Shown piece after piece: positions 34,028-46,900 of a stretch of DNA of 64,000 nt. Each line of letters begins with the position of its first letter. Position 1 is the stretch's first letter. The position numbers were made by a program, and so were the translations under genes. The notes under the pieces are model-generated. The model worked only from the letters and a program-made list of their open reading frames with translations, was not told the DNA's origin and made no database searches. This DNA comes from Mayamaea pseudoterrestris (lineage: Eukaryota), in assembly GCA_027923505.1 (NCBI GenBank), contig BROI01000004.1, positions 1,116,001 through 1,180,000 of the forward strand, given 5' to 3'.

Positions 34028-37000
34028 ATGAGCGCTCCTGGTTTAAACGGAACCAATAGCAGCAACTGGGACGTGTCTCGTCTCTGGTCTCCAGCCGGAG
34101 ACTTTGACATAATTGGTCTCGATCAAGTCATGGTGGCCGCCTACAGTCCGACGGACCCGCATCGCGCGTCGGCCAATAAACTGCTCATGCAGCTCCAGGA
34201 AATGCCCGAGCTCTGGACCAAGGCGGATGCCATTATTGAGCAAGCGCAGAATCCGCAGGCGCGATTCTTTGGATTGCAGGTATTGGATGATGCGATTAAA
34301 ACACGCTGGAAGGTTGTGGCGCAGGATCAGCGCGATGGAATCAAGAATTATGTCGTTGGTAAAGTCATCAACATGAGCAAGGATGAAGTAGTGATGAGTC
34401 AGGAGCGAGTGTTTATTAGTAAATTGAACTTGACGCTGGTGGAAATTCTAAAGCAAGAGTGGCCGCACAATTGGCCGTCATTCATCACCGACTTGGTTGG
34501 CAGCTCCAAGACGAGCGAAGTCTTGTGCGAAAACAACATGCAGATTCTCAAGCTCCTGTCGGAGGAAGTCTTTGACTTTTCCAAGGATCAAATGGTCACG
34601 GATAAGGTCAAGCGCATGAAGGAGAGTCTCAATGGCGAGTTTGCGCAGATTTATCAGCTGTGCGAGTTTGTTTTACTGAACTCGCAACGACCATCCTTGC
34701 TGCGGGTCACGCTGCAGACGCTGCAGCGGTTTCTTACGTGGATTCCGCTTGGATTTATCTTTCAAACCAATTTGATTGATGTTCTTGTCAACAAGTTTTT
34801 TAGTACACCATTGTTTCGCAACGAGGCGCTCGATTGCTTGGCGGAAATTGGAAGCTTGAAGGACCTTGATCCACAGTATGATCATTTGTTTCGACAGCTG
34901 CTGCAAGGCTTTCTCGTGCAGCTCGGCGCGATTATTACGCCGGAAACAAACTTGACGCCTGCGTATGAGAATGGATCAGAAACGGACCGACTCTTTATCC
35001 AAAAGCTTGCCCTGTTTCTGTCGGGCTACTTTAAGTCGCATCTCCACGCGCTTGAAGCGCCCGAGTCGCAGGAAGCCTTGCTCAAGGGCATGGTATACTT
35101 GGTGCGTGTGTCGGAGGTGAAGGATACTGAAATTTTTCGTATTTGCCTCGAAGCATGGCACATGCTTGCCGACGACTTGTACAAGTGGGAGCAAAGTGTT
35201 GCGCGGAGCAGCTTGGGCAGCGGTCTGAACCTTGGCACGCCAGGAATGAATGGAGCGGGACAAGCGTCGCGCAAGTTTCTTTATGCTAATATTTTGACTG
35301 GCGTTCGGCATGTCATGATTGCCAATATGGCCAAGCCGGAGGAGGTTTTGATAGTCGAGGACGAGAATGGAGATATTGTGCGTGAAACGACCAAGGATAC
35401 CGACGTCATTGCGCAGTACAAGACGATGCGAGAAGCGTTGGTTCACTTGACGCATTTGAATTATGAAGACACGGAGACGATCATGCTGGCCAAGCTAGCG
35501 GAGCAAGTGGACGGATCGGCTTGGAGCTGGAACAATCTGAACACGCTGTGCTGGGCGATTGGAAGTATATCTGGCGCCATGACTGAAGACGAAGAGAAGC
35601 GATTTCTGGTGACTGTCATTAAGGACTTGCTGGGACTATGCGAGCAAAAGCGAGGAAAGGACAACAAAGCCGTCGTCGCTTCGAATATCATGTACGTTGT
35701 GGGGCAGTATCCTCGGTTCTTGAAGGCACACTGGAAGTTCCTCAAGACAGTCGTCAATAAATTGTTTGAATTCATGCATGAGGTGCATCCAGGTGTACAA
35801 GACATGGCCTGTGACACATTTTTGAAGATTGCTGGCAAGTGTAAACGCAAATTTGTGACGGTGCAGTCGGACGAATCAGTGCCGTTTGTCTGCGAGCTTG
35901 TCGACTCCTTGCCCAGCATCATTAGCGACTTGGAGCCCCATCAAGTGCAAGCTTTTTATGAAGCAGTGGCAACGATGCTGAGCGAGAATCCAGAGACCGT
36001 CCCGATTGATCGACCAGCCATTCTGCTGAAGCTGATGGAGCTTCCCAATCGAACCTGGCGAACGATAATGGAGCAGGCTGCGACGAATGTCGAAACGCTA
36101 ATTGCACCGGCGACGATTAAAGAAATTATAAAGATCCTCAAGACAAACAACAAGGTCTGTGGAGCAGTCGGGTCACTATATACGCATCAGTTGCAAGTCT
36201 TCTTCCTCGACATGCTGAATGTTTACAAGGTTTATTCAGAGCGAATTTCCTTGGCGATTCAACAACAAGGTCCTCATGCGACTCAGTTGAGTCTCATCAA
36301 GAACCTCCGTAGTGCAAAGAAGGAAGTTTTGCGATTGCTGAGCGTATTTATCGCGAAGAGCGGACCACCAGAAGCTGATCCTCGGGCTGTGGCAATGGGT
36401 TTCATTCCGCCAATTCTGGACCCAATTCTTGGTGATTACAAGCGTAACATTGCGGGGGCACGAGATCCTGAAGTACTGAAGCTAATGGGGACAGTTGTCG
36501 AGAAGCTACAAAATTACGTGGCTGACGACGTTCCTAGAATCATGGAAGCTGTGTTCGAAGTCACTCTGGAGATGATTACGAAGAACTTTGAAGACTTTCC
36601 GGAGCACCGTCTACAGTTCTTTTGGTTTTTAAAGATGATTAATCACCACTGCTTTGGTGCGCTTTTCAAAATACCACCCGAGCACCAAAAACTCGTCGTA
36701 CAGTCGGTTGCCTGGGCGATGAAGCATACGGAACGCAATATTTCTGATACGGTACGTTTTTTTCAATTCGTCTTCATTTACGTTCTGCCAATGTCTCTTC
36801 TCTTACACATCTTTGCTTTGTAGGGGCTTGAGATTCTGCATGAACTATTGATTAACGTCTCTCAGACACCAGGTGTCGCTCAAGCATTTTATCAGCAATA
36901 CCTCTTGTCGCTGATTCAAGATGTGTTCGCCGTCATGACCGATCGGCTACACAAGTCTGGTTTTAAGATGCACTCCACTCTGCTTCGACAAATGTTCCAT

Positions 37001-37369
37001 CTGGTGCAACTTAATCAAGTGACAGTCCCTCTCTTTGACGTGTCGCAGCACCCACCTGGGACCACCAATCCAAGCTTCTTGCGAAACCACGTTTGTACGT
37101 TGCTGCTATCAAGCTTTCCCAATTTGAATCAAACGCAAGTGACCAAATTTGTCGATGGTATGTTTGATGTCTCAATGGATCTGGGCAAGTTTAAGCAGCA
37201 TTTGCGTGACTTTTTGATCGAGCTGAAGGAGTTCAACGGCGAAGACAACTCGGCTCTGTTCACCGAAGAGACGGAGCAAGCGCAGCGAGCGCGAGAGCAA
37301 GCTCTCATGGCCGAGAGAAGCGCCGTTCCTGGCATGCTCAAGCCGTCGGAGATTGATAATGATCTTTAG
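34028..37369 (+). CDS. XPO1: Exportin-1/CRM1; intron 36752-36823
   Basis: Motifs [63 protein letters not shown] and FKQHLRDFL. The GTACGT..TGTAG intron is in frame. Confidence 0.97.
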
Positions 37370-37646
37370 AATGTCGATAATAGCTGGTGCCTGCACTGCC
37401 GGTGGCTGTCACTTGATTTGGAGTACGGGTTGATATTTACGGCCACTCGTGCTTAAAGTAGACAACATATCTATACATTTACGACGTAAAATCACATTTT
37501 GAATAGATTTATCTGTCTTAGTTGGTAGTGCTGATTTGTAGTGGAGAGCCTACATCTTATAGTGGATTCATCCGGATGATCGGCCAGCCTACCGTAGCAG
37601 GCTTTAACATGCTCGTGTAAGCGTAATCCTTGCCGATTCCAAACAG

Positions 37647-38708
37647 TTACAAGCGCGACGCATTGTCGTTACTGTTTGTGTTCGTCACCGCGTCGCCCTC
37701 TTGGTCCACCGTCCACAGTGACACGACACTTTCCACCCGACGACCCGAAAAGAGCTTTGCGAATGGGTTTCTTGCTGGCAGTGGCGCTTGCTTGGCAAGT
37801 GCTGGCGATGCTTGCATTGGTGGCGGTAGCGGCGGCAGCTCCTCCTCGGGGAGTTGCAGCATGAAGACCGACATTGGTTCCAAAGAGCTTTTCGAGAATG
37901 GCATGTTAATGGCCTTTTTTACCAAGTTTCTTCGCAAAGGATCCTGCTCCAAACCGTCCTTTATGACATTATCATTGGCTTCCTCGTCGGCAGAAAAAGA
38001 GAAGAAGGAATCAGCTGCCGCCTTGTCCGCTTCTCTGGCGTTGTGCTCCTCCAGCTCGACCATGTTTACGAGTGACCTTTTCGCAGCAGCAGGATTCATT
38101 AGCGGCCTGTCATCAAAGTTTCGATGAAAAGAGGAGCTTGGTAGTAGCTCTTCTTCAGTCAACTTGATTGGGTTTTCTCTGGGGAAATCGTCGTGAGTGT
38201 CAGAAACGACCCTCCTATTGCTATTCTCAAAGCGACTCTCGTCAACATGAGCGGCTGCAAAGGTGTGTTTGGATGGCATGTATGGAACATTGTTCACAGA
38301 TTCACTTTCTACGTTCCGTTGACTGTTGCGACTGCTCCGGCGGCGCCGTGAGCGAGTGTTTCGTCTCGTTCCTTCATCAGTGTCTACTGCTGCTGCTGCA
38401 TCGTCGCCATCAACAACCACCGACTGCTTCATGCGCTCGACAAGCTCACGCAAGTCTTGACCAAAGTCCCGCACCATGAACACAATTTCCCTTTCAAACG
38501 CTTCCAGTACCGGAGACTTTTCTGGACTTGGACTGTGATCGTTCTCCAATGCGGAGACGTAGTGCATGTCGGCATCAAGGCCGTCGACATTGTTGATGCT
38601 GTTGCCGCTGGAAAGTCTTCTCGATTCTGGCCGCGGTAAGGACTCTGTTGACGCCAATGACTCGTCAACGACAAGTACAAGCGAAATGAGGGCGAGTCGT
38701 AGTTTCAT
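37647..38708 (-). CDS. Hypothetical secreted/ER-targeted low-complexity protein
   Basis: The internal ATG gives a signal peptide MKLRLALISLVLVVDESLA. No recognisable domain. Confidence 0.6.
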   Translation of the reverse strand: MKLRLALISLVLVVDESLASTESLPRPESRRLSSGNSINNVDGLDADMHYVSALENDHSPSPEKSPVLEAFEREIVFMVRDFGQDLRELVERMKQSVVVDGDDAAAAVDTDEGTRRNTRSRRRRSSRNSQRNVESESVNNVPYMPSKHTFAAAHVDESRFENSNRRVVSDTHDDFPRENPIKLTEEELLPSSSFHRNFDDRPLMNPAAAKRSLVNMVELEEHNAREADKAAADSFFSFSADEEANDNVIKDGLEQDPLRRNLVKKAINMPFSKSSLEPMSVFMLQLPEEELPPLPPPMQASPALAKQAPLPARNPFAKLFSGRRVESVVSLWTVDQEGDAVTNTNSNDNASRL

Positions 38709-39068
38709 GGTGCGCGATTTTACTGAATTGGTGTGAGCGTTTTCAATCGCTTCCGATTGGTCGGCTCGTATCATCGCCATGGTCGACGAGCATCATCCAA
38801 ATCCACGTCATCTTTTAACCGCTCCGACGCAAGGACGTTTTGACGCAGTTGTGTTCCGTTAGCTAAGACATGGATCATCTGCCTTTTCAGATGAATTGCT
38901 CTCCACTTTCGCCACTATTGCAGAAATACTCGCAACGACTTATAATACATATAGTGGCAATGTAGGTAGTTAATAGTTAACATGTCGATGTCGCGCACGT
39001 GTATGATCCATTATTCGTCAAAATGCAAGGCGACGTGCCTCACACTTGTCGACCGGAAAAAAGGGGGT

Positions 39069-41147
39069 CTAAACGCAGGAGCAGTTGCAGTCGCATTGAA
39101 CGCTAGCGCAATCAAGAAAAATTCCATCATTGGCATTGACTGATGAAAATGCCCGACAAACTTGGCTGGGAACGCTGCCCGACAGGTTCGTTTCATAGAT
39201 TTGTAGTATGCGAAGCTGCGGAAGTTGGGCAAACTCGGTCGGCAATGTGCCACTGATGCGAGTCTCCGATAAATCCAAGGATGACAAGGACGTTAGTTGG
39301 GCAAGCTGGCTGGGAAGCGCTCCGGAAATACTAGTGTTGTGCATGGTCCAAGTGACCAGGCTTGTCATTTCCTGTATCTGCGATGGAATGGTTCCGTCGA
39401 GTAGTAGATTGTTTGCCAAATCCATGAAGCGCAGTCGGGTGCAACCAGCGAGTTGCGTCGGAATTGGGCCTGACAAACGATTCGAGTTGAGTTGTAAGGT
39501 GTAAAGCATCGTCATCAGTCCCAGTGCAGTCGGAATTGGCCCCGAAAGCGAGTTTTGAGAAAGATTAATTAACGTAGCGAGTGATTCTCTAATGTCGGAA
39601 GGAATATTGATGGAGCCTGTGAACAAGTTCGCCGAAAGGTCTAAACTGACAATCGACGACAAATGAAATAGTTCCAATGGCAAGCTGCCAAAGAAGCGAT
39701 TCTTCTGAAGGAGCAGTTCTGTAATCTTTGGAAAGGAGTTTATAATACTTGGAAACGTACTTGAGAAATTGTTTTCATGCAAATGTATAGGTCGAGCATT
39801 CGCCCGCCAGCTTTCCCAGACAGCTTCCGGAATTTCGCCTTGCAGCAAGTTTCCATTCAATCGAATATCGCGCAGGGTTGTTAGTAGAGCCAGCTCAATG
39901 GGAATCTCGCCAACGAGTCCATTGTTGGACAAGTCCAAGTACTGGATGCCACCTTCTCGACTCGGCAGACACGGCTCATTGTGCAGTGACATGTAGAAGT
40001 TTTCCGTGGCAGCGTACCACCAGTAGCACCGATAGTCCTTTTCCGCGACGAGCCAGTTGCTAGTATTGTTCCAGTTTGGGCCATCCGTGGCGTAGTACAG
40101 CACCACCAGCGCAAACATTTCCGTCACGGCGACAAAGGTGCGATTCTCAAGGTCTGGCTGCGTCATGAGCCACTGCCACGCCTTGCCCTGCGGCGATGTT
40201 GGCGAAAAGCCGTCATCAGCTTCTTGGCTCGTCCATGCCTTGTTCTTGTACCAGTTGGGGCCTGTCACATTTGGAAGTTCGTTTCGAATGGCTGTCAATG
40301 TTGATTCATGCAGGATCAATACCAATTTTTCAAACGTTGACGGCAAAATGAGCGGCGCCGCGGGAATTACGTTTCGCGTCGTCACGGTTGGCTCGTTGGA
40401 CGTTTCGACAGTGACTCCAATCACTACGACAAGGCAAGCCAATGCGCCAATGCACCACAGGAGGCGTCGTCGTTTCACGTAACAGCCTTGCACCGTGGTG
40501 GCTGGCACTGCCACAATCACATTTACATTTGAAACTGGTGGATTTGACTCTGTTTCGTCATTATCATTGTCACCATTATCATCGTCATCATTATCATCAT
40601 CGGACGCAACAACAATTCCGACCAGCGCCGACTCGTCGGCCGCGGCGTACTCGTCGAAAATGGTTTGCACGGTGACGCCGTAATGCACGACGGCCACGTC
40701 GTAGTCGTCCGTCACGTCCGTCGGATAGTCGCGGGGAACGTAGTCGACGGGGTACTGGTGAAAGGCTCCCGGTAGCCGTTCCAATGTTTCTATATTGTTG
40801 TTGATGTGTAGTTCATTGCTTGTGGCGCGGCTGCTGAGAGCAGATGGAATGGCAGCTTTTAGTTTGTGATTCGTCGCGGCAGAAAGCGGCTTGACTATTT
40901 TTGGGTTGTTGGCATTTATCGTGCTGCTGGATTCTGACATGTTCAAAGAGTTGACATTAGCATCATGGCTCCTCGTTATAGTAGGAGGGCTTGGTGGATG
41001 GAAACTGCTGGTTGATGCAGCTGCAGCGTCAGCTGCTCGAGGCGATGATATTCGTTGCTCATCCTCCCCTGCTGTAATCGCAGCAGCAGCGTTAATATCT
41101 TCGATGCCATCATCGGTTCCTTCATTAGTTGCTTGAGGATTTGGCAT
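39069..41147 (-). CDS. Membrane-anchored LRR receptor-like protein (paralog of 1931-3700)
   Basis: PGAF motif in the cytosolic N-terminus, GCYVKRRR followed by a TM helix, SPQGKAWQWL, LYYATDGPNW, LRR array and C-terminal CDCNCSCV. Confidence 0.88.
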   Translation of the reverse strand: MPNPQATNEGTDDGIEDINAAAAITAGEDEQRISSPRAADAAAASTSSFHPPSPPTITRSHDANVNSLNMSESSSTINANNPKIVKPLSAATNHKLKAAIPSALSSRATSNELHINNNIETLERLPGAFHQYPVDYVPRDYPTDVTDDYDVAVVHYGVTVQTIFDEYAAADESALVGIVVASDDDNDDDDNGDNDNDETESNPPVSNVNVIVAVPATTVQGCYVKRRRLLWCIGALACLVVVIGVTVETSNEPTVTTRNVIPAAPLILPSTFEKLVLILHESTLTAIRNELPNVTGPNWYKNKAWTSQEADDGFSPTSPQGKAWQWLMTQPDLENRTFVAVTEMFALVVLYYATDGPNWNNTSNWLVAEKDYRCYWWYAATENFYMSLHNEPCLPSREGGIQYLDLSNNGLVGEIPIELALLTTLRDIRLNGNLLQGEIPEAVWESWRANARPIHLHENNFSSTFPSIINSFPKITELLLQKNRFFGSLPLELFHLSSIVSLDLSANLFTGSINIPSDIRESLATLINLSQNSLSGPIPTALGLMTMLYTLQLNSNRLSGPIPTQLAGCTRLRFMDLANNLLLDGTIPSQIQEMTSLVTWTMHNTSISGALPSQLAQLTSLSSLDLSETRISGTLPTEFAQLPQLRILQIYETNLSGSVPSQVCRAFSSVNANDGIFLDCASVQCDCNCSCV

Positions 41148-42482
41148 GTTCAGCGGTAGCAGTGACACTGTATATGGAAACTACGTTTTGCGTGGTGCAG
41201 AGTCAGCTGCAAGTTGCTGCTCATTGCTGCATGCAGAGATTGGCAAGTGACCGCTCTCTCGCGGTGAAACTGCCGGAAATTGCCCTTTTGGTGCTCCTGC
41301 TCGTTCGTTTTCATGCCAAATGCCGTTTCAGCGAAAAGAACTATGATCACATCGAGAGTAAGTTGATCGTGTGAAATTAGTTTAGCGACGTTGACATGAT
41401 TGAAAACTCGTAAAACTGTCAGGCAGTATTGCGAACTTCAAGAAACGAGTCATTTCAGCTGTTTCGTGAGTTGGGCCATCGTTCGTTCCCATCATTGGAT
41501 CTCTTCTTGCGCCTGCTCGTCTCTCGACCTTTACTGTACATACAATGATCACATTGACGACGAAAACAAGATATTTCTGCGTTCGACCCTTTATAAAGTG
41601 GTCCAGCAGCATTAGTGGAACTTCCATGCCACCTCCATCCAGCAGTAAGCGCCGCCAATTCAGCTCTGCCTACCGCAAATGCAAACCATGAGCCATATTT
41701 TAATGGATCTAGTACCAACAAAAACTCTCGCGGCAATTTGCATCATGCCAAGTGGTAACATCTGCTATCTCGACACGTCAGATGCTGAACGCCGACAAAC
41801 GAGCTAGTAGGCGCGGGCAGCAAACCGTGGCGACTGGCGACAGACGGCAAGGAACATGTAACGACCAAGCGAAAGGGCCGCAAACATTTTTCTTGCGTGC
41901 AGTGGCAGTACTGCGTCAAGTTTTGTGTCAGTGGACAACGAATGAACAAGTTGCGCTGTGTCACGTATTGGACTTTTGTAGCCCGACATTCAGTGGGTCG
42001 CATGCAAGGCTGCAAGGTGCGTCCAAATGGGGGAGAAAAAGCTGACGGAGCTTACATTTTGGCTTGTCGACAGTCTCGCATGGGCCAGCGCAGAATGCAC
42101 AACGCTTCTCCTGCAGTGTGTAACGTGCTGTTCATTGTTTTACAAATGAGCTCTCCGATACAACCGTATATACAGAGTCATAGCATCTAAACGAACACCG
42201 TTACTACGTGGAGTCGCTCAGCCTACCGTAGTAATGTTGTCATTTTGTGCTTGGTTCTCGTCGCAGCACATAATCATTAACCAAACTACAGTGGAATGAG
42301 TCTGTAATAAGCTCGCTTATTTTGCTGTCAGTGCTGTCACACGTCATCATCGTGTCGCTCCGGTGTAAATTTTTGGACTTTCTCGCGATCAGATTTTTCA
42401 ACGAAGGATCCCGCCGCCTTCGCACAAGACTCTTCGCTTACAATATTGTCTGCAAGTCGCAACATATACTTGTATATAAATC

Positions 42483-43886
42483 ATGATTGATGAGACTGTC
42501 TTTTGGGATGACGCGATGGGTTTCGAGGCGTATTTGGACCGCCTTACATGGGCTGCCGACGAACCATGCCGTCGAATTCAACTCATCGTGTGCCGTAAAT
42601 GTATTCTCAAAGCTTCAGAACTATCACGTGCGGATTTGGGTCGCCTAAAGGAAAGACTCTGTACAGCCCCTATTAGTACAATTCAATTTTATGGTGGCGA
42701 CCGACGACCACATCCGAGTTGTATGCCACTCGCCTTTGCAATCACCCTTTCTGGCCTAATGGAAAGCTTTGCATCAAACTCTAACCTGGTGTGTGCCAGG
42801 TGGACGGAAGATGATTCATTCTGTACTGCGAATCATGATCCCTGGCTTTCGTATGAGTTGCTGAAGATGCTGCCACGTGTTTGCAAGGTGCAATTTGATA
42901 ATGCTTTTGCCACTGAAGGTGAGGTTTCCCAAATGCTTAGTGCTTTAGAAGGAAACAATATGCTTCAGGAATTTCGTCTTTGCACACGACCGGAGCATTT
43001 CGAGAAGGTTTTCTTCAAAGTCAAATTGCTTTCCTCGCTCAAATGCTTCACCCTTGAGGGTAACAAAAACATTAATGCTCCACGTAAAGTAATGGAGCCT
43101 GTCCATGCTTATGAAATTGCACAGCTACTCAAATCAAGCTTGCCAATTACTGTCCGTCTCAAAGGCTTAAACTTTTGTTCAAGAGATAGTCACCATGTGC
43201 TGTGCGAAGGATTGGTGGGTGCGCACGTGGATGGGTTTGAACTTGATAGATGCAAAGTTCTCCATCTCGGTTTACTGGCTGAAGCTGTTGCAAAATCACG
43301 CCTCAAGAAAGTCACCATACGTGTCTTTATGCAAAAGGAGCTGAATTTAAAGTCCTGGGTGAAAGGAATACTGTGTATGCCTTGCTTGGAAGTACTTGAC
43401 CTGTCAAGTACCTTCCAACTTGATAGATCTGCCCAGGAAATTGAAGCAGCAATGTTTGCAGCTGCTGCAAAATGTCCCTGCCTTAAGCGATTGAGACTAC
43501 CAGTGTGCTCTTTCTCTGTCAATCTTGACACTGCTTTGGCAAAATGTGTCACTCCGTCATCACTGATTGAAGACATCTCTCTGGTCTGCTGTCCTGCTAG
43601 CACATACACAATGCAATTATCTGCTTTCATCAAGGCAATGAAATTAAATTACACTGTCACATCAATCAAATTTGAGAAAAATTTGAACCTGACACCGGTT
43701 GTGATACGTGACATGCAAAAGTGGCTTGGTATAATATGTCAACTCAACAAATTTGGCCGTAAATACTTACAAGACAATGCCGCAGATGAACAACAGTGTT
43801 TTCACCTAATTGAGAGAGTTAAGAAATGTTTATATTTATACTGCTATCCCATAAACCGTCTCCCCACCCGTAGTGACAAGCGATAA
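42483..43886 (+). CDS. RNI-like/LRR-like diatom-family protein whose C-terminus runs into the LINE 3' end
   Basis: Degenerate LRR-like repeats (LEVLDLS, LKRLRL) and the family-type ending LNYTV..CQLNKFGRKYL. The last ~18 codons appear to come from the LINE 3' UTR. Confidence 0.65.
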   Translation: MIDETVFWDDAMGFEAYLDRLTWAADEPCRRIQLIVCRKCILKASELSRADLGRLKERLCTAPISTIQFYGGDRRPHPSCMPLAFAITLSGLMESFASNSNLVCARWTEDDSFCTANHDPWLSYELLKMLPRVCKVQFDNAFATEGEVSQMLSALEGNNMLQEFRLCTRPEHFEKVFFKVKLLSSLKCFTLEGNKNINAPRKVMEPVHAYEIAQLLKSSLPITVRLKGLNFCSRDSHHVLCEGLVGAHVDGFELDRCKVLHLGLLAEAVAKSRLKKVTIRVFMQKELNLKSWVKGILCMPCLEVLDLSSTFQLDRSAQEIEAAMFAAAAKCPCLKRLRLPVCSFSVNLDTALAKCVTPSSLIEDISLVCCPASTYTMQLSAFIKAMKLNYTVTSIKFEKNLNLTPVVIRDMQKWLGIICQLNKFGRKYLQDNAADEQQCFHLIERVKKCLYLYCYPINRLPTRSDKR

Positions 43887-43969
43887 ATTGATTCACAGAT
43901 ATTGTAGGACCCCGCCGTTCCAAGTGTTGGTGCCAAGTCCCTCCGTCTTGACCTCCAACTTTCTATATC

Positions 43970-46900
43970 TTAGCCTACTCCTTCCCTAGGTTTAAAGAAC
44001 CGTCTGATATCCTGGTTACCATCGCGATTTCGCTCTACCTCCGTTGCCACTTCTGCTTGAATTAACCTTGTTACGTGTCGGAGCCATGCTTTTATTTCAT
44101 AGGGTGCTTCTGATCCTTTTTCCTCGATGGTTTGCGCGAAAAATCGCTGGCTTTGCATGGAGAGTCTGTCTTTATTACCATACGCGGTTATTATCTGGGC
44201 TTGTAATGACCCCTGCATTAGCAGCTCTTTAGCTTTATCGCGCCCGTGCTTGTCTTCATTTCGCTGTGTCCAGGCCTCGCCTATAAATTCCCAGCCCAGC
44301 TGTATGGTTTGAACTACCCATTGTTCTGGTTGCCGAGGATGTTTCAGTGCTGGTAGAGTCATTTCGTGTTCCTGTTGGAGAGCCATCCATTCCGTTCCAA
44401 TATGTCCGAAGACAAATCGGTCCCAGCCTATTGATTCTTGTGTTGTGTACGCAGACTTTATTTGCTCGGAGGACCAGTGATGTGGTTCCTGGGGTAGTCC
44501 AAGGAAGCGCCTGATGCCTTGCATGATGGAAGATTCAATGTGATGGTGCACTCGATAGGTAGTAAGGATTGTGTGCATTTTTACAAGATACTGCACTTGC
44601 GCCTTGTGTCGGCTTGTACACGTAAGTACATGATTCGCATCTTCTACCCGGTTGCACTTGCAGCATTTGTCCGTTTCGTCTGGATTTTGCTTGTGTAGGA
44701 AGGCAGCCGTGGCCGCCCATCCATTTGACAGTTTGGCAACTTTTGCAAATTGGCTCCATTGTAATTTCTTCCTGGCTTTAGCGTAAGCATTCCAATTTAT
44801 GAGGTCGGGGATACTGTCGTCCCAGCCATATTTTGTTATCAGATAATTCCGTAGGTCTGGCGTGAGAGCTGCGTTTCGTAGGTGCTCGCGAATGCGAGAA
44901 GTAATGGCGCGAGGATAGCGCTTGTTGTGTAGGTTGAGCAATTGCGCGCCACTGTGTGGCATTGTCGTGACTTGTTCTGCCTGTGCATAGGCCTTGTTTG
45001 AGTCATTTTGTAGACGTGGTAGGATCTGATCATTGTAGTACTTGGTGGCCTGAGCGTCGGCCTGTACGTTCAATTGCGCCTCAAAGGTCAACTTGGCCCC
45101 GGGTTTGTCTTGATGACCTTTTATATGCTGCATTTGATGATGTGGTACTTCCGGCAGTAGATGAATAAGTTGCTGGCATACATCGGAGTCAGTTTTCAGA
45201 TTGAGCCCGGTGCATGGTATGTTAGATTGTAGTCTAGCCAGTCGCTTGAGGAGTCCTAGATTGTCGCATATCCACTTCCACTGGAACACTCGTTCTTGCT
45301 TGGGGATGTTGAAATAATTTACTGCGTGGACAAGAAATTGCATGGCGGAAAGGCCCCCATATCCTTCTGCTCGAAAGGAGCTCATCATTTCGGAGTCGCC
45401 CGGAGCGGGTCCCATGTTTTGTGCTATGATGGTCTCGGTGTCTTGTATGGCCAATATCCACCCGAAAGAGCCTAAGCCGTCCTTCACGCCGCCGTCGCTG
45501 CAGTGGACAAGTTTGGAATTGGTGCGGAGCATGATCTCGAGGTCAGCGTCAGTGCAGTACAACTGTATGTGTTGTCGCAGTTCTTTATCCCAGGAGGGAT
45601 ATTCCCGTAGATAGTGAGCAAATGTTGTATACTTGATATCCGTAGATGGGCTATAGAAAAGGCTTGGGGCTGGTGCAGCGAAATGATTTCGTCGTTGGAG
45701 TAGAGTCGTCGGAACGCATCCTGGAGGTAATTGGATACTGGTGTTTGTTGCGTGTTCACTAAACCATTGTCCGGGAATATTTGTGCGATTTGAGCGCCGC
45801 GTGTGGCTCTCTATTGGTATTTGTGGATGTATCGACCATTCATGTCCATTCCAGCGGTATAATGTGGCGGTATCAGGGTGAATAACTGATTCCCAGAGCT
45901 GAGCAAGATGAGTCGGCGGTATGAGCCATCCGCCTAGAGGATTGCGAAGTTCGCGATTCATGCCCGTATAATGGGGTTTAGCAAATGTTGTGGTCACTGC
46001 TTTCCTGAAAAGTGCCCAGCCTTTCTTGCCAGGGTTTTGCTGCTGCGTCCAGTTTAACCGGTTGGGGCGTGGCTGTGCTGTTTCATATAAATACGCGTCA
46101 TCCAGTCGCAGTCCATCAGACGTTGAAATTTCTGACAAAAAGGTGACTTGGAGGTATAATCTGCATGCGTTAATTCGCTCGAGCTTTGTAGCATTGGTGG
46201 TGTATCGAGTGATCTCATCCATTATGAAGACGTCCTCTTCCCGAGGTAATTGCTGTTCACTTTCTGTGGGGATCTGTAGTGAGTGATCGATTGTTGCCAG
46301 GAAATTGCGAAGATTTGGTATCCATCCTGGCGCAAGATAAGGAATATGTTGACTTGGTTCTTCGAGAAGCATACGTCGCGTGCCTGCTTCAAGTTGTCTA
46401 TTTCGCAGCGCTATGCGCAGCATTGTGCCTTCCGTTGAGTTGCTATCGCGGAGGTGTGTAATTGCTAGTGCTGTGGCTTCTACTCCGGCTTCGACAGACA
46501 AATCTGTTAGGCCCATGCCCCCAAAATCTACTGGTCCATATATTAATGCTCTTGGCATATGTCGGTTGAGTCCTAGTGCGGGAAGAAATGCAGTAGTTGC
46601 TGGTGCTTGAATCTCCTGGAGCTCGCGTGGGAATAATGGAGTAGTGCCAATGGCATATGTCATCCCTGGTGTATAGACTTGATGGTATGCTATGAGAGCC
46701 TGATCTCTTGTTAATCCGTGGTTGAACAGCTTCTTGATGTAATGCCCTGCTTTGGCTTGTAGTCGCTGGCGTTCCTCCCTGGGCACTCCCACTAGTGCGT
46801 GATACTGTCCCAGAGTTTTATACCCTTTGGTGCATTCCTGAATGTTGAGATCAGCGAATTCATCGCCTTGTGTAAGGCGCGTTTGAGGGTTGCCCAAGTC

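Noticed and set aside
37585..42231. 13-mer CAGCCTACCGTAG shared by two intergenic regions (37585 and 42219)
   Set aside because: Only two copies, no TIR/TSD structure; TACCGTA-like words are common in these intergenic regions.
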